A program made the position numbers and the translations under genes. Below, one piece after another: positions 23,391 to 33,873 of a stretch of DNA of 34,889 nucleotides. The stretch's first letter is position 1. Every line of letters begins with the position of its first letter. This DNA comes from Octopus sinensis (Eukaryota), in contig NW_021829927.1 of NCBI RefSeq assembly GCF_006345805.1, forward strand, positions 1-34,889, written 5' to 3'. The notes beneath the pieces are model-generated. The model did no database searches, was not told the DNA's origin, and was given only the letters and a program-made list of their open reading frames with translations.

Positions 23391-23393
23391 CAT
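23205..23393 (-). CDS. Candidate exon, minus model: poly-Asn then GNIEDVSDGVPVLSLKPVEFMANSVNVICQSVCLTLDVL; 5' boundary unresolved
   Basis: Donor TTG|gtaagt falls at a codon boundary of ORF 23193..23393; the (AAT)n tract reads as poly-N. Confidence 0.3.
23322..23385. repeat. (ATT)n microsatellite
   Basis: Read directly. Confidence 0.98.
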
Positions 23394-23689
23394 GTCGCAT
23401 AGTATCCAGCATCGTGATGTTGTTGATTGAAAATAATGTGCCTACTGGGTGTTTCTACTGGGATTTGTACTGTCTATCAAGTTACAACAATGACCTTAGA
23501 CAGACAATAATTTATACACAGAAGTAGAGCTCGGGCATTGGAAAAATAGCAGCAGAGAAAACGATGAAAATACATCTCTTACTGATAAAAGAAATATCAT
23601 AGTAGACAACAGAGGTGGAAGGAGATAATGAGAGAAAGACTTGAAAGTGAACCTAAGATCGTAATACTTCAGGTAAACTAAATATCTCA

Positions 23690-23835
23690 AATAATCCAGA
23701 ATCCTTGTCCGGTAACGGATCGATCCCAAAATCTAATCGATTCCTGCCAGTCCCAAGGCCAAACATCCCTGAAAGTTTCATCCGAATCCATATAGCAGCG
23801 CTTGAGATATCTTCTCCACGGCCAAACAAACAAAA
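23690..23835. mobile_element. Fragment of a non-autonomous DNA element (MITE or Helentron-type), ends missing
   Basis: CCCAAAATCTAATCG...CATCCCTGAAAGTTTCATCCGAATCC...GAGATATC...ACAAACAAA resembles a widespread invertebrate element from memory; no termini seen. Confidence 0.4.
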
Positions 23836-23950
23836 AAGAAAAAAAAAACAATCAAATGATAATAATAAACATTCTTTCCGCAACCATCCCCCTCTGTGAC
23901 CATCACCATCATTTATTGCACTTAGATTTTGTTGCAAATGTCACAACATA

Positions 23951-24355
23951 TACTCTATTACTTCTTTTCAGTCATTTTGACTGCGGCCATGCTGGAGCAC
24001 CGCCTCTAGTCGAGCAAATCGACCCCGAGACTTATTCTTTGTAAGCCCAGTACTTATTCTATCGGTCTCTTTTGCCGAACCGCTAGGTGACGGGGACGTA
24101 AACACACCAGCATCGGTTGTCAAGCAATGCTAGGGGGACAAAAACAGCAGACACACAAACACACACATATATATATATATATACATATATACGACGGGCT
24201 TCTTTCAGTTTCCGTCTACCAAATCCACTCACAGGGCATTGGTCGGCCCGGGGCTATAGCAGAAGACACTTGCCCAAGATGCCACGCAGTGGGACTGAAC
24301 TCGGGACCATGTGGTTGGTTAGCAAGCTACTTACCACACAGCCACTCCTACGCCT
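23951..24355 (-). mobile_element. Full-length SINE family B, well preserved
   Basis: Minus head AGGCGTAGGAGTGGCTGTGTGGTAAG; colinear with 14723-15147 throughout. Confidence 0.95.
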
Positions 24356-24997
24356 ACGAGGAGTTACACAAAACCAGCCTTCTGTTTAGGATTGCGTAAT
24401 TTACTAATAACATATCAAGATAATTAACAGGAAAATAGGTTACTTTATTTTCTTTAATTCCTAGCCCTAAGCCTTAACTTGGTATTTATTGTAACATTTT
24501 TTCTCTTATAATTTCCTTATCTGTATACAGGTATATAAATGATATCCGTTTTTCCTTATTTTATCTCAGAAATATATATTTCGTCAGAAGCCACCTTTTA
24601 TTTTAAGAGATGAAATACAAATATTTTTCTATTTTATCCATGTTCAATATAAGCAAATAGAAAAATTATTTTCAATAGTGAAAGTAAAAACGGAGGCATT
24701 AATTTCCTATTTTTTTCAACCGTATTTATATTTCATACATTCTAAAAACAACGTTTATACATTCTTGTAATAAAAATTTGCAGTAATACTAACGTGACAT
24801 AAATAATAAATAAACTACAAATTATCCAGTACATCAAAATAATGTCGAAATTGATCCAAATGTATTTATTGTCCGCAACGTTTGACGCCATTGAAAGTTC
24901 ACTAGAACCTGATGTAAAATGTTGTTGAACCTGATGCAAAATGTTGTTGACATCACCTAATGGAATAGGATTTTCGAAAATGGCGAATCTTTAATCT

Positions 24998-25675
24998 CTT
25001 ACTTCATTCAGTCATTGGACTGCGACCACATCGGGCCGCCTTCCACAGTATAGTCGAACAAATGGACCTTTTCGCTTTGACCGGCAGATTTTTAAAGAAA
25101 TTCCTTTGTAACTAAACACATTTAAACTTCGCATATTGGTAGAATGTGTTTATAAACAACGAACCGGAGGAATTGTATTCACCTCAATAGACGTCATTGA
25201 TTGGTTGGAATTGCCGAAATGCAAGAAATTAAACAACAAATAGCTTACAAACTACAGAGGTTTCTCAAGAAAGCCAAGAGAAAAAGATGTTTTATAAACA
25301 CATTCTACCAGTAAACGAAGTTTAAAAGGGTTTAGTTGCAAAGAAATTATTTAAAAAAATCTGCTGGTCAACGCGAAAAGATCCGAAAGATTTTACCTAA
25401 GTGCTTATATTTAAACGTGTTACTTATTCGAACATTGCAGTTTTGACGAACCGTTAAATTACGGTGATTTGAACACACAAATAGCGGTTATTCCGCGGTG
25501 GTGGTGAGCTACCACAAGGACATGTTCTCAAAAATACATACACAGGATGGGCAGCTGCATTCGATTACCAAAGCCACACACAAGATTTTTGCCAGCCCAA
25601 GGTTATATTGGAAGACACTTCAAGGAGGTATCACGCAGTGGGACTGAACTTGACGTAATGCGATTGGGATTGCTG
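24998..25675 (-). mobile_element. Old SINE family B interrupted by a MITE
   Basis: Tail 24998-25067, continuation 25381-25530, head remnant 25545-25675 (CACGCAGTGGGACTGAAC). Confidence 0.65.
25068..25380. mobile_element. MITE with about 90-bp terminal inverted repeats
   Basis: 25068-25158 and 25288-25380 are reverse complements (CTTTTCGC..TGACC.GCAGATTTTT...TGGTAGAATGTGTTTATAAA), roughly 85 percent identical by eye; no ORF. Confidence 0.88.
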
Positions 25676-26379
25676 ACCCCTTCGTGGTAATCGTTGTTCC
25701 CTAATATTGCATTTGAAGATATCCATATACCTTTGCTCTTTATGGTACCCATTTTGAGTGGTGAGCGTAGTCGATTATATAAACGCCTATGAATTTGGTC
25801 GATTATATAGGCGCCTGTACGTTGTGCCGCAAGACATTTCATGGAGCTATATTTCGTTCCCCAATCCATCGAAAGGAAAGTATTTAAGGCAAACATTACT
25901 CCTTCAGAAATTCGGGTCAGAGTGTATGGAGTACCAACACAAACTAGAGTGCATTTTTTGACGCATTCTGACAAATTTCTGACTATTCTCCCAATCCAAC
26001 GTTGTTTCTAATTCAGAAGAGATTTAAACCAACATAGTTTGGTGCAGCTAATTGGATTTGAGCAAAGATTAAATATGCATTATTTATTGGATGGCTGACT
26101 ACAATGAACTGTCCAGTGGAGATGACTAATAAAGAGCGAAAGATCCCGTACTACAATTGATATATGTTCTACAGCACGGATGTAGTTTTTGTTGTTCTTT
26201 TGTCCCACGTAAGTTCTGAATATTAAGTTTAATCGAACCAGTTCCGGCGTACACACTAACTGTTGGTTTTAGGCGATGCAACTTTGATCATTCTACGTCA
26301 GTTTCATGTAAAGGCAAGGAGATTCAATTACTATCTTTGTAAAATGAAGAAGCACCGTGGGCACCAATTTCTTGAGAAC

Positions 26380-26720
26380 ATCAGCATTAATTATTTGGAT
26401 GTTGACCTGGAGTTTAGAGCATAATGTAGGAGTATCTCTGATTGTGTCTCAACAAGAGATGAATTTACTCCAGCGATCGCTGTCATGCTGCACCCGAAAG
26501 CTTACACGGAAAGAATTACCTTGTTTAGACATTTCTACAGCTAATGCCGTGGCTTCTAGCCTTAGGAATTGTCCGATTCCTAACCGTATGTCCCCTGACC
26601 TACCTGATACACCTCCACACTCTCTGTCATCCGTATGCAGTGGATGTTCCCATTCTCTACATATGCCACTTCGTCTGCATATATTTCTTCTAAAACGATA
26701 ATAGTTTTAGAACAATTTGC
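26380..26720 (+). mobile_element. Heavily decayed CR1/L2-type LINE 3' coding fragment
   Basis: Frame pieces such as LHPKAYTERITLFRHFYS*CRGF loosely resemble the post-RT region of CR1/L2 ORF2; many stops. Confidence 0.35.
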
Positions 26721-27387
26721 TGCCAGTAAAGACTACTGGCACAGCCCCTTCCTCCAGGCAAAGCAACTTAAATAATTTGAGACATTCACACACATGCACC
26801 TCTGCATACATGCCCGGACGCAACATTAACGTGTGAACGATTGCCTCACTGCACTAGAGAACTATTGCATGAGACAAAAAGACGATTTCTCCATAACCGT
26901 ATCAATAACAACTTTAAAAGATCCCAGCTGTGGGTTATGATCGATTGCAATATTATTCCCGAAGATGTTCGCCATTAAAAACATTTAAAATAAAATCAAA
27001 AGAGTCCTTATTAATTTCTTTTTATTGAACATCTTTTGACTTTCTAGTTTCTATTTTAATGTCAAGTTGATAAGAATGAAATATGCCTATGCATTTAATA
27101 ATTTCACGAAATTTTTCATACAAAAATAAGAAGAAAAAAGACCCGTGAACAGAAATGAAGGTTTTGTGATTAAAGGGACATTAAACAAAATGGTTTTCCG
27201 ATATTGATTCGGAATTTTAAAGTATCAGCGATTTATCCCTCAGCTTTCTTTCCAGAATTTTGATTCGGGTTCGAAATATGTCGCACAACTCATTTGAATT
27301 TGAGATTATGCAATTTACTTGTAAAAATGATAAACAAACATAAAAACATCTATTTATCAAAAAACATCTATCTTTATCCTCTTCGCA

Positions 27388-27390
<3 letters not shown>

Positions 27391-27460
<70 letters not shown>
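27391..27460. repeat. (CT)n(AT)n
   Basis: Read directly. Confidence 0.97.
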
Positions 27461-27534
27461 GTACACGCGCGCAGGAACACACATGCACACGTTCGCACAA
27501 ACATACATACAGACAGAGAGACATATCTTTTACA

Positions 27535-27778
27535 TGCTTCTTCAGTCATTAAGTTGCAGCCGGGTTGGGGCACCGCCTTGAATACTTTTGCTTTTGAGTC
27601 GAATGAACGGAAGGGACAGGATACTAATTATTTAGCCTGGTACTTTTTCTATCGCCCTCTCAGCCGAACCTCTAAGTTAAGGGGACACAGACACACCAGT
27701 ACCGGTTGTCAATCGCTGATGGTGGGACAAGCACAGACACAAATACACACACATATAGATGCATATATATATAACGTC
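27535..27778 (-). mobile_element. SINE family B, 3' half, diverged
   Basis: TTCAGTCATT...GCACCGCCTTG...GCCGAACC.CTAAGTTA.GGGGAC...CCGGTTGTCAA. Confidence 0.8.
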
Positions 27779-27850
27779 TTTTACGTTAACATGGTGGACA
27801 GGTCAGTTTTAGCTCCCCTACTATTATAATGTAAACCTTTTTGAACTCAT

Positions 27851-28293
27851 AATATTCTGTGCCTGTATACCAATATTCCACTAAACTTTTTAATAATTAT
27901 TTCTGGAAAATATCTTTTACATTTTATATATACATGTATATATTTGTTGTAATCTTTTGTGCCCAATATTTCAATGAACTTGTTAAACATTTTTTATGTT
28001 CTTAACATGCCCTTGTCACCAAAGAATGTATATATATATATGTATTGTAGTACTCTGTAACAACCAATATTCTGTGCGTGTTAGAATATACAGATACAAT
28101 ACCAATATCTCACTGAACTTTTTAATAATTCCTTCTGGAAACTGTCTTTAACATTTTCTTGAGAATGTATATTTATGTTGTAATCTTTTGTGCCCAATAT
28201 TTTAAGGAACTTGTTAAACTTTTTTATGTCCTTAACATGTTCTTGTTGCCAAAGTCTGTATATATGTATTGAAGCATTTTGTAACAACCAATA
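27851..28293. repeat. Diverged tandem duplication, two units of about 215-230 bp
   Basis: AATATTCTGTGC at 27851 and 28066; shared TGTTGTAATCTTTTGTGCCCAATATTTT, GAACTTGTTAAAC and GTAACAACCAATA. Confidence 0.92.
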
Positions 28294-28460
28294 ATTAACG
28301 CAACCAAACTTTTACATGTTACTTTTGACAATCTTTTTCCAAAGAGTGAAACCGGTAAAGTAAATAGACATCTTTTAAAATTACATTGTCAAACCTTCTT
28401 TCGTATATAATTCCACTCATGCGGTACCCTACAACTCCATTTCGTTATATACATACATAT

Positions 28461-28499
<39 letters not shown>

Positions 28500-28513
<14 letters not shown>

Positions 28514-29014
28514 TGTAGTTGTGTGAGTGTCTGTCCCCTTCGATTTAGATTCCTAACTCCTCCCACATTTTCCGGTGCAGTTTAACTAAATTCGGGTATC
28601 TTATAGTCGTGATTAATATCGAGCCCGTCTGGCTATTAGCGCGCGTCTACGATGAGTCTACGATTTTAAAAATATTTTCACATCATTTTTTATTCCATTT
28701 TAATGCATAATTTTTCGTGTGTCGATGGCGGCGGAGTTGGCGTCCACGCTCAAACACTTGCACCTGTGTTTGCTTCTTCCCCTTCTTCCCTCCCTCGTGA
28801 AGCTGTGGGGAAGGGAGCGTAAGGAAATCAACGTCGCAAAGCGTTGTCAAGGAGACCAGCGTTCTTTTAGAACAACGACTTCATAGCTTGAAGACACCAA
28901 AACAGAAATGGCTAAGAAAGCCCAAATTGGCATCTATAAGGGAAGTAACTCTCTAAAAATGCTTATATAGTTATTTCCCTTACAAACCCGAGCAACGCCG
29001 GGCGATACTGCTAG
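28500..29014 (+). mobile_element. Non-autonomous Helitron (about 515 bp)
   Basis: 3' end has hairpin CCCGAGCAACGCCGGG (28987-29002), 8-nt spacer, CTAG, then T. The 5' end TATATATAAAACTG is embedded in (TA)n, so the 5' TC is not visible. Confidence 0.8.
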
Positions 29015-30734
29015 TATATATATATATTGCTGTTTCATTTTATGAAAAGTTACGATTATATCTCCGATATCGCTCCGTAGATATTGTTGCTTAATTGTGT
29101 TCCTTATTTCAAATGTATCTATGACATTATCTGCGATGTCTCCCCGTAGTGAATTACAAATCATGACACTCCATCATTCAACATGCCGGGCAGAATAAAA
29201 TTCATAATTATCAACTAACATTATATTTTCTTTAACGTATATCAGATCTTACTGGAGGTATCTCTTCTTAATGGTCTAACCAGCAGATATGTTTTCACTC
29301 ACCTAACTATATGAAATATCAACTAATCTATAATATTTCCACCTACATAAAATATCGGCCGTCTATTATACGGTAGCATTTTCAAGAGAGTTAGACAGAA
29401 TATGATATTACTAAATGTCTACTTGAAATGTAAATGTAAGTCTCCAATACATTTATACATTAGAATATGAATTGCAGAATGTATAAGCGATATTGTAGAA
29501 TAAATAAAATATTGGATCGACCAGTTCACGAATTGTATGTTCAATTCCACTGCAGGCGGAATATTGATGTATTTCAAGGCAACAAACATTTGTTTCGTAT
29601 TATATATTTCTCCTGGCGATTACGAAATATAGATTTCGCTGTCAATGAAGAGGTCAAACGGGCTGATATCTATATATTTAAGGGCAAGTGTAGTGAGCAT
29701 AAAAGAGCTATATTTGCATTTCGCTTCCAGTTATCTTATCATGATACTGTATTTAAGCCCCTGTAATGAACTTTAACATAGAAACATCCTACTTTTACTC
29801 GTTTGTAAATATTAGGTTCCAGGAAACACTGAAAGTAAACCAATATTTTTCAACGAGAACCATAGCTCGAGAAACAAACTGGAAACCAATCAAATAAACA
29901 ATACCTTTTCGATTAATAATGCTAGAGGAGAAATACGTATGTGTAGCTATATTGAATCTCTTTCACCTGCGCATTTTACAAAGTTTTCAGCGTTGTAACG
30001 TGTGCGTCACGATAGCTTCGTTCTCCTGCTAGAGATAGAAACCAAATCTGACACAACTGCGCATTACATTTAAAAATAATATTTGGTGTACATTTTTTTA
30101 ACATTTATCCGTAAAATATAAGATTTGCATTGTTCAAATAACTGTGAATATTAGGTATGTGTAATTCGAGTAAAATTCAGACACCCCAGGGAATTCTTAC
30201 TTGTATACTAATGACTTGTAGCTACGTGGTATAATATTACGCAACCGTAATATACTCTAAGGAATAGTAAACGTTTATTTTAGTGAATATCACTTTCTCC
30301 TGTGTTAGCAATACGTTCTTACATCACTTGTTAAGCTTATCTCAACATATATTTTATAGAAATTACATCCAGCACTGATTTTTGTTTTTACGTTTCGTAT
30401 ACGAGACGCCAAATGTGAATAAAGAATGAAATGGAAGATGAAAAATGAGGAATGGACGTATATGCCATATTTCGGGTCTTTTTACCCCTTCATTAGCTCC
30501 TAACATACCCACTAATCATCCTCGAGCACGTTGCTTAAATATCCCTCATTTGAATCACAAGTTGTTGTAGTATTTGGTCCTGCATCTACCTCAAAATAAG
30601 TCACAGAAATATCTGTTTTTTAGATAAGGTATACACCTTAATTATTATTATGATTATTTTGTTTTTTGAACGGCGAAAGTAAAATATCTCCCGTCGGAGG
30701 AGAATGACTAGTCATTACTCATGAAGCAATTTGA

Positions 30735-30850
30735 AATTTATCATTTCTGAGTCTACAAAATAAATACCAGTCGAGTGCTGGGGGTCTATGTAATCAGCTT
30801 ATCCATTGCTCCTAAAGTAGTGGCCTTGTCCCCATATTTAAAACCAATAC
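30735..30850 (+). mobile_element. Degenerate SINE family A, 3' part
   Basis: AAAATAAATACCAGTCGAGTGCTGGGGGTCTATGTAATC...GGCCTTGTCCC. Confidence 0.6.
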
Positions 30851-31099
30851 CAATATTTATTCAGGAAAATTCACGGTTACGCCGTAGCTAAATCGTATTC
30901 AATTTCAGATTAGAAAAGCAATGGATTTAGTTGACATCTAATACAACAATGCCACTTCTGGAAACGGAACAATGTGACTGCCTCTCCCTAACTATATGAT
31001 TTACGACAATTCTTGATTAGCCCTTATAGGCGAATAAGACCACATTAATTTACAAAAAGATTAACATTAATGAATTTACTTGCAATACTGGACAACTCT

Positions 31100-31480
31100 T
31101 AAACTTTTAAATTAGACTCAGTTCGAGAGCTGCAGTCATGCTGTTGTACCGCTGTTGGCTTTTCTACAACTTCACTGCATGAAATCCCCTCTGATTCGTG
31201 GCATTTGGCGAATGAGGGTGATTGAATCTGTTGCCTTGATCTGCACTTCCTGCCGTGAGCAAAACGTATGCGGATCTCGTGATCGGAGGGACACCAGTTT
31301 TGCTTTCAAGACACCTACACGCATCCCATCCAGGTTTGTCAGGTTTTTATATTTTTACGAGGGTATTGAAGAGCTGTGGGCCCTTGAAACCAAAACTATT
31401 GACGTATTTGGTTCCGCACTTTGATGGCGATGTTGAGATGTGTACGACATTGGCAGATAAATTTTATGCGTGGTCGTCGA
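31100..31480 (-). mobile_element. CR1/L2-type LINE 3' end (decayed ORF2 C-terminus plus tail)
   Basis: Minus translation KYVNSFGFKGPQLFNTL, frameshift, NLDGMRVGVLKAKL...SRQEVQIKATDSITLIRQMP resembles the terminal (W/F)NxLP region; followed by a SINE-B-like tail. Confidence 0.7.
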
Positions 31481-32717
31481 CTTTACCATTATTTCATATG
31501 GAGGCAGATTAGTCTTTTACTTGCATGAAGACTCTATCTCCTTGGTTTGTTCTTTTGAGATTTTGCTGACCATCTTCACTCTGCCAATCTGCATCTTCAA
31601 GGTCTTAGTATTTGGTCATTTTTTCTATTAAACACTCCAATCTTGCAAGGCAATTCCAAATCCTGACCACTGTTCCTACACCATTGCATGCTTTGATTTC
31701 AATTAAAAAATCAACTTACTTCTGCATTCAATTCTAAGCATTTTTAGTGCTAGCCGAATATTTGTGTGAATATTTTAAACCGAAAATTTATCATACGAAG
31801 TAATAAATATAACGCTTTTCTTTCATTCAATTTATTTTCAACTTCCTGGTTTCATATATTTCTCCATGTAATGATATCTCCTCTATTCCCATACCTTTCT
31901 GTGTATATTAATATTTATATGGAGGTAAAGCTTACATTTTTGTCTTGTAATTTGTTCATATGTTTATTCATTGAAATTTATGCTTTTACCTGTGTGTATA
32001 TTTTATATGTGTGTCTTAGCGAGTTTGCGTGTGGGTGTATATGCAGTGATTGCGATTCTTTTCAATGTTTGTTGTGTGTATTTCTTTTTGAATAGGATTG
32101 TGTTTTGTGTATGCGAGTGTGCATCACTCTAACTGCGTTATTATATTTGCAAATGCGTGTATTTCCTGTTCTGGGAGAACTTGGATGTTTTCCTGTATTA
32201 GAGTGTTTGTGCACGTAAATGATTGTCTACGAGTGTATGAGCGTATGCATTTATGCATACCCATGTTTCACTTGCGATTGTATCTTTGAAGGATGTGTGC
32301 TAATGTGTATTCCAACATTTCGCTGCAAAATGAGCAATCGCGCTTCCGTTTGTCGTTTTCGCTATAGCTTGTGGGAAGCAATATTAAAACGATCTCTAAA
32401 ATTGCAATTCTCGCAGCGATTTGGCATGAAAGGAAATATAATTTCACTTTGTAACACATAGCAACATTTATTTGTATTTTAGATCCGTTTAATTCTCATA
32501 GATTTGGAATATTTATGTGGCAGATGTTGTCGGTACGGCGGAAAACATATAACTTATTAAATCAGTTTTCAATAGAGAAACGCAAGCTAATAATATAAAT
32601 CGTTAGCTTATTCAGCAGGCAGCATAACTTGGGTAGTAGTGCAAGCGTGTAAATCTACCTCATTCAATTACTGCTATCATTTTATCGATCGCAATACCAA
32701 ATTTTCCTTGCGGTCAG

Positions 32718-32787
32718 TACAAGAGCAGACGAGATTGCTGTGGCGATCGGAGAAAGTACCGAAATAAATTTCAGGACTTTCATACAG
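32718..32787 (+). CDS. Candidate exon TRADEIAVAIGESTEINFRTFIQ, weakly EF-hand-like
   Basis: Acceptor attttccttgcggtcag|, donor CAG|gtaaaa, 70 nt. A second frame (YKSRRDCCG...) is also open. Confidence 0.3.
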
Positions 32788-33072
32788 GTAAAAGCAAAAG
32801 ATAGAGATTTTATTCAGCCAAATTTATTATAATCGGTGGATAACTGAATCAGCCTGAGACATCCAAGTGGTGGTTGAGAAAAGTTCATGACGACGAAGCG
32901 GAGAAAACAATAACACAGACGAGCACAAGGACACATACACATGCACACACAAACAAGCGCACACGACACTAAATGCGACTAGGGTATTAGGAAACAGCAC
33001 CATTTTGGTAACCCTTCCCGGTCGTATCTAGTGATATTTACAATTCTTTTTGGTGAAGCTTTGCAAACTGAT

Positions 33073-33107
<35 letters not shown>

Positions 33108-33111
<4 letters not shown>

Positions 33112-33318
33112 TAATCCAAACAAGAAAAGAAAAACCAAAAAACAACAGCGCAAGGACGTGGAACAAATATAGTATAATTGGACACTCAGGAAAGAAGGGA
33201 AGAAGGAGGGTTTGACGTTTCGAGCGGAGCTCTTCGTCGGAGACATAGGAGAAGGAAAGATCCCGAGAAGGGAAGACAGGGGAAAAAATCGCTAGTGATA
33301 CAGACGAGGTCACATACT
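33108..33318 (-). mobile_element. Penelope-like pseudo-LTR-derived repeat with hammerhead motif
   Basis: Minus strand CCGACGAAGAGCTCCGCTCGAAACGTCAAAC followed by a pyrimidine-rich tail into (TA)n; same layout as 1365-1660. Confidence 0.6.
33210..33244 (-). ncRNA. Minimal hammerhead-like motif (U4C, extra A after A9)
   Basis: GTCT | CCGACGA | A | GAGC-TCC-GCTC | GAA | ACGT | C | AAAC. Confidence 0.5.
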
Positions 33319-33329
33319 AATATATATAT

Positions 33330-33377
<48 letters not shown>

Positions 33378-33664
33378 GGTTGGCCAGACGCCCCCCTATT
33401 GTTAATCAGAATTCCATAAATACTATATATAATTCAGTATTGAGTTGAATGGAAAAATGTGTCGCTCCAGAAAGACTTAAGTTCAAACACAATTGTTATG
33501 ATATTTCCCCGATATAGATGTTTTTATTAAATTCATTCCGTTATTAAACATAAATAAATCTTGGAATTAAATGGTCTTGATGTATTGTAAGCTGAATTTT
33601 GCACAACCCCGTATATATATGTACACACACACCACACACACACACACACACCACATACTATATA

Positions 33665-33705
<41 letters not shown>

Positions 33706-33735
33706 TAATATATATAATATATATACGTATATATA
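33318..33735. repeat. Two (TA)n/(CA)n tracts (33318-33374, 33615-33735)
   Basis: Read directly. Confidence 0.9.
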
Positions 33736-33873
33736 TGACAGGCTTCTTTCAGTTCACTATAGCAAATCCACTCATAATGATTTGGTACCCCCGGGCAAAT
33801 ATTGTTGGCCCTTGTCCAAGCTTGCCTCTCAGTGAGACCGAACCAAAGGCCTTATAGTTGGGAATCGAATTTC
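33735..33873 (-). mobile_element. Degenerate SINE family B, 5' half
   Basis: GACAGGCTTCTTTCAGTT...AAATCCACTCA...TTGTCCAAG. Confidence 0.7.

Noticed and set aside
25770-25827. 28-bp tandem duplication within overlapping ORFs 25603..25974 and 25758..25961
   Set aside because: The period is not a multiple of 3, DYINA lacks the rest of a phosphatase motif, and the minus ORF runs into a SINE.
26721-26741. 8-bp hairpin TGCCAGTA/TACTGGCA as a terminator
   Set aside because: Eukaryotic context, no U-tract, adjacent to a LINE remnant.
29467-29766. 99-aa plus ORF
   Set aside because: No recognisable domain, composition typical of AT-rich non-coding DNA, weak splice boundaries.
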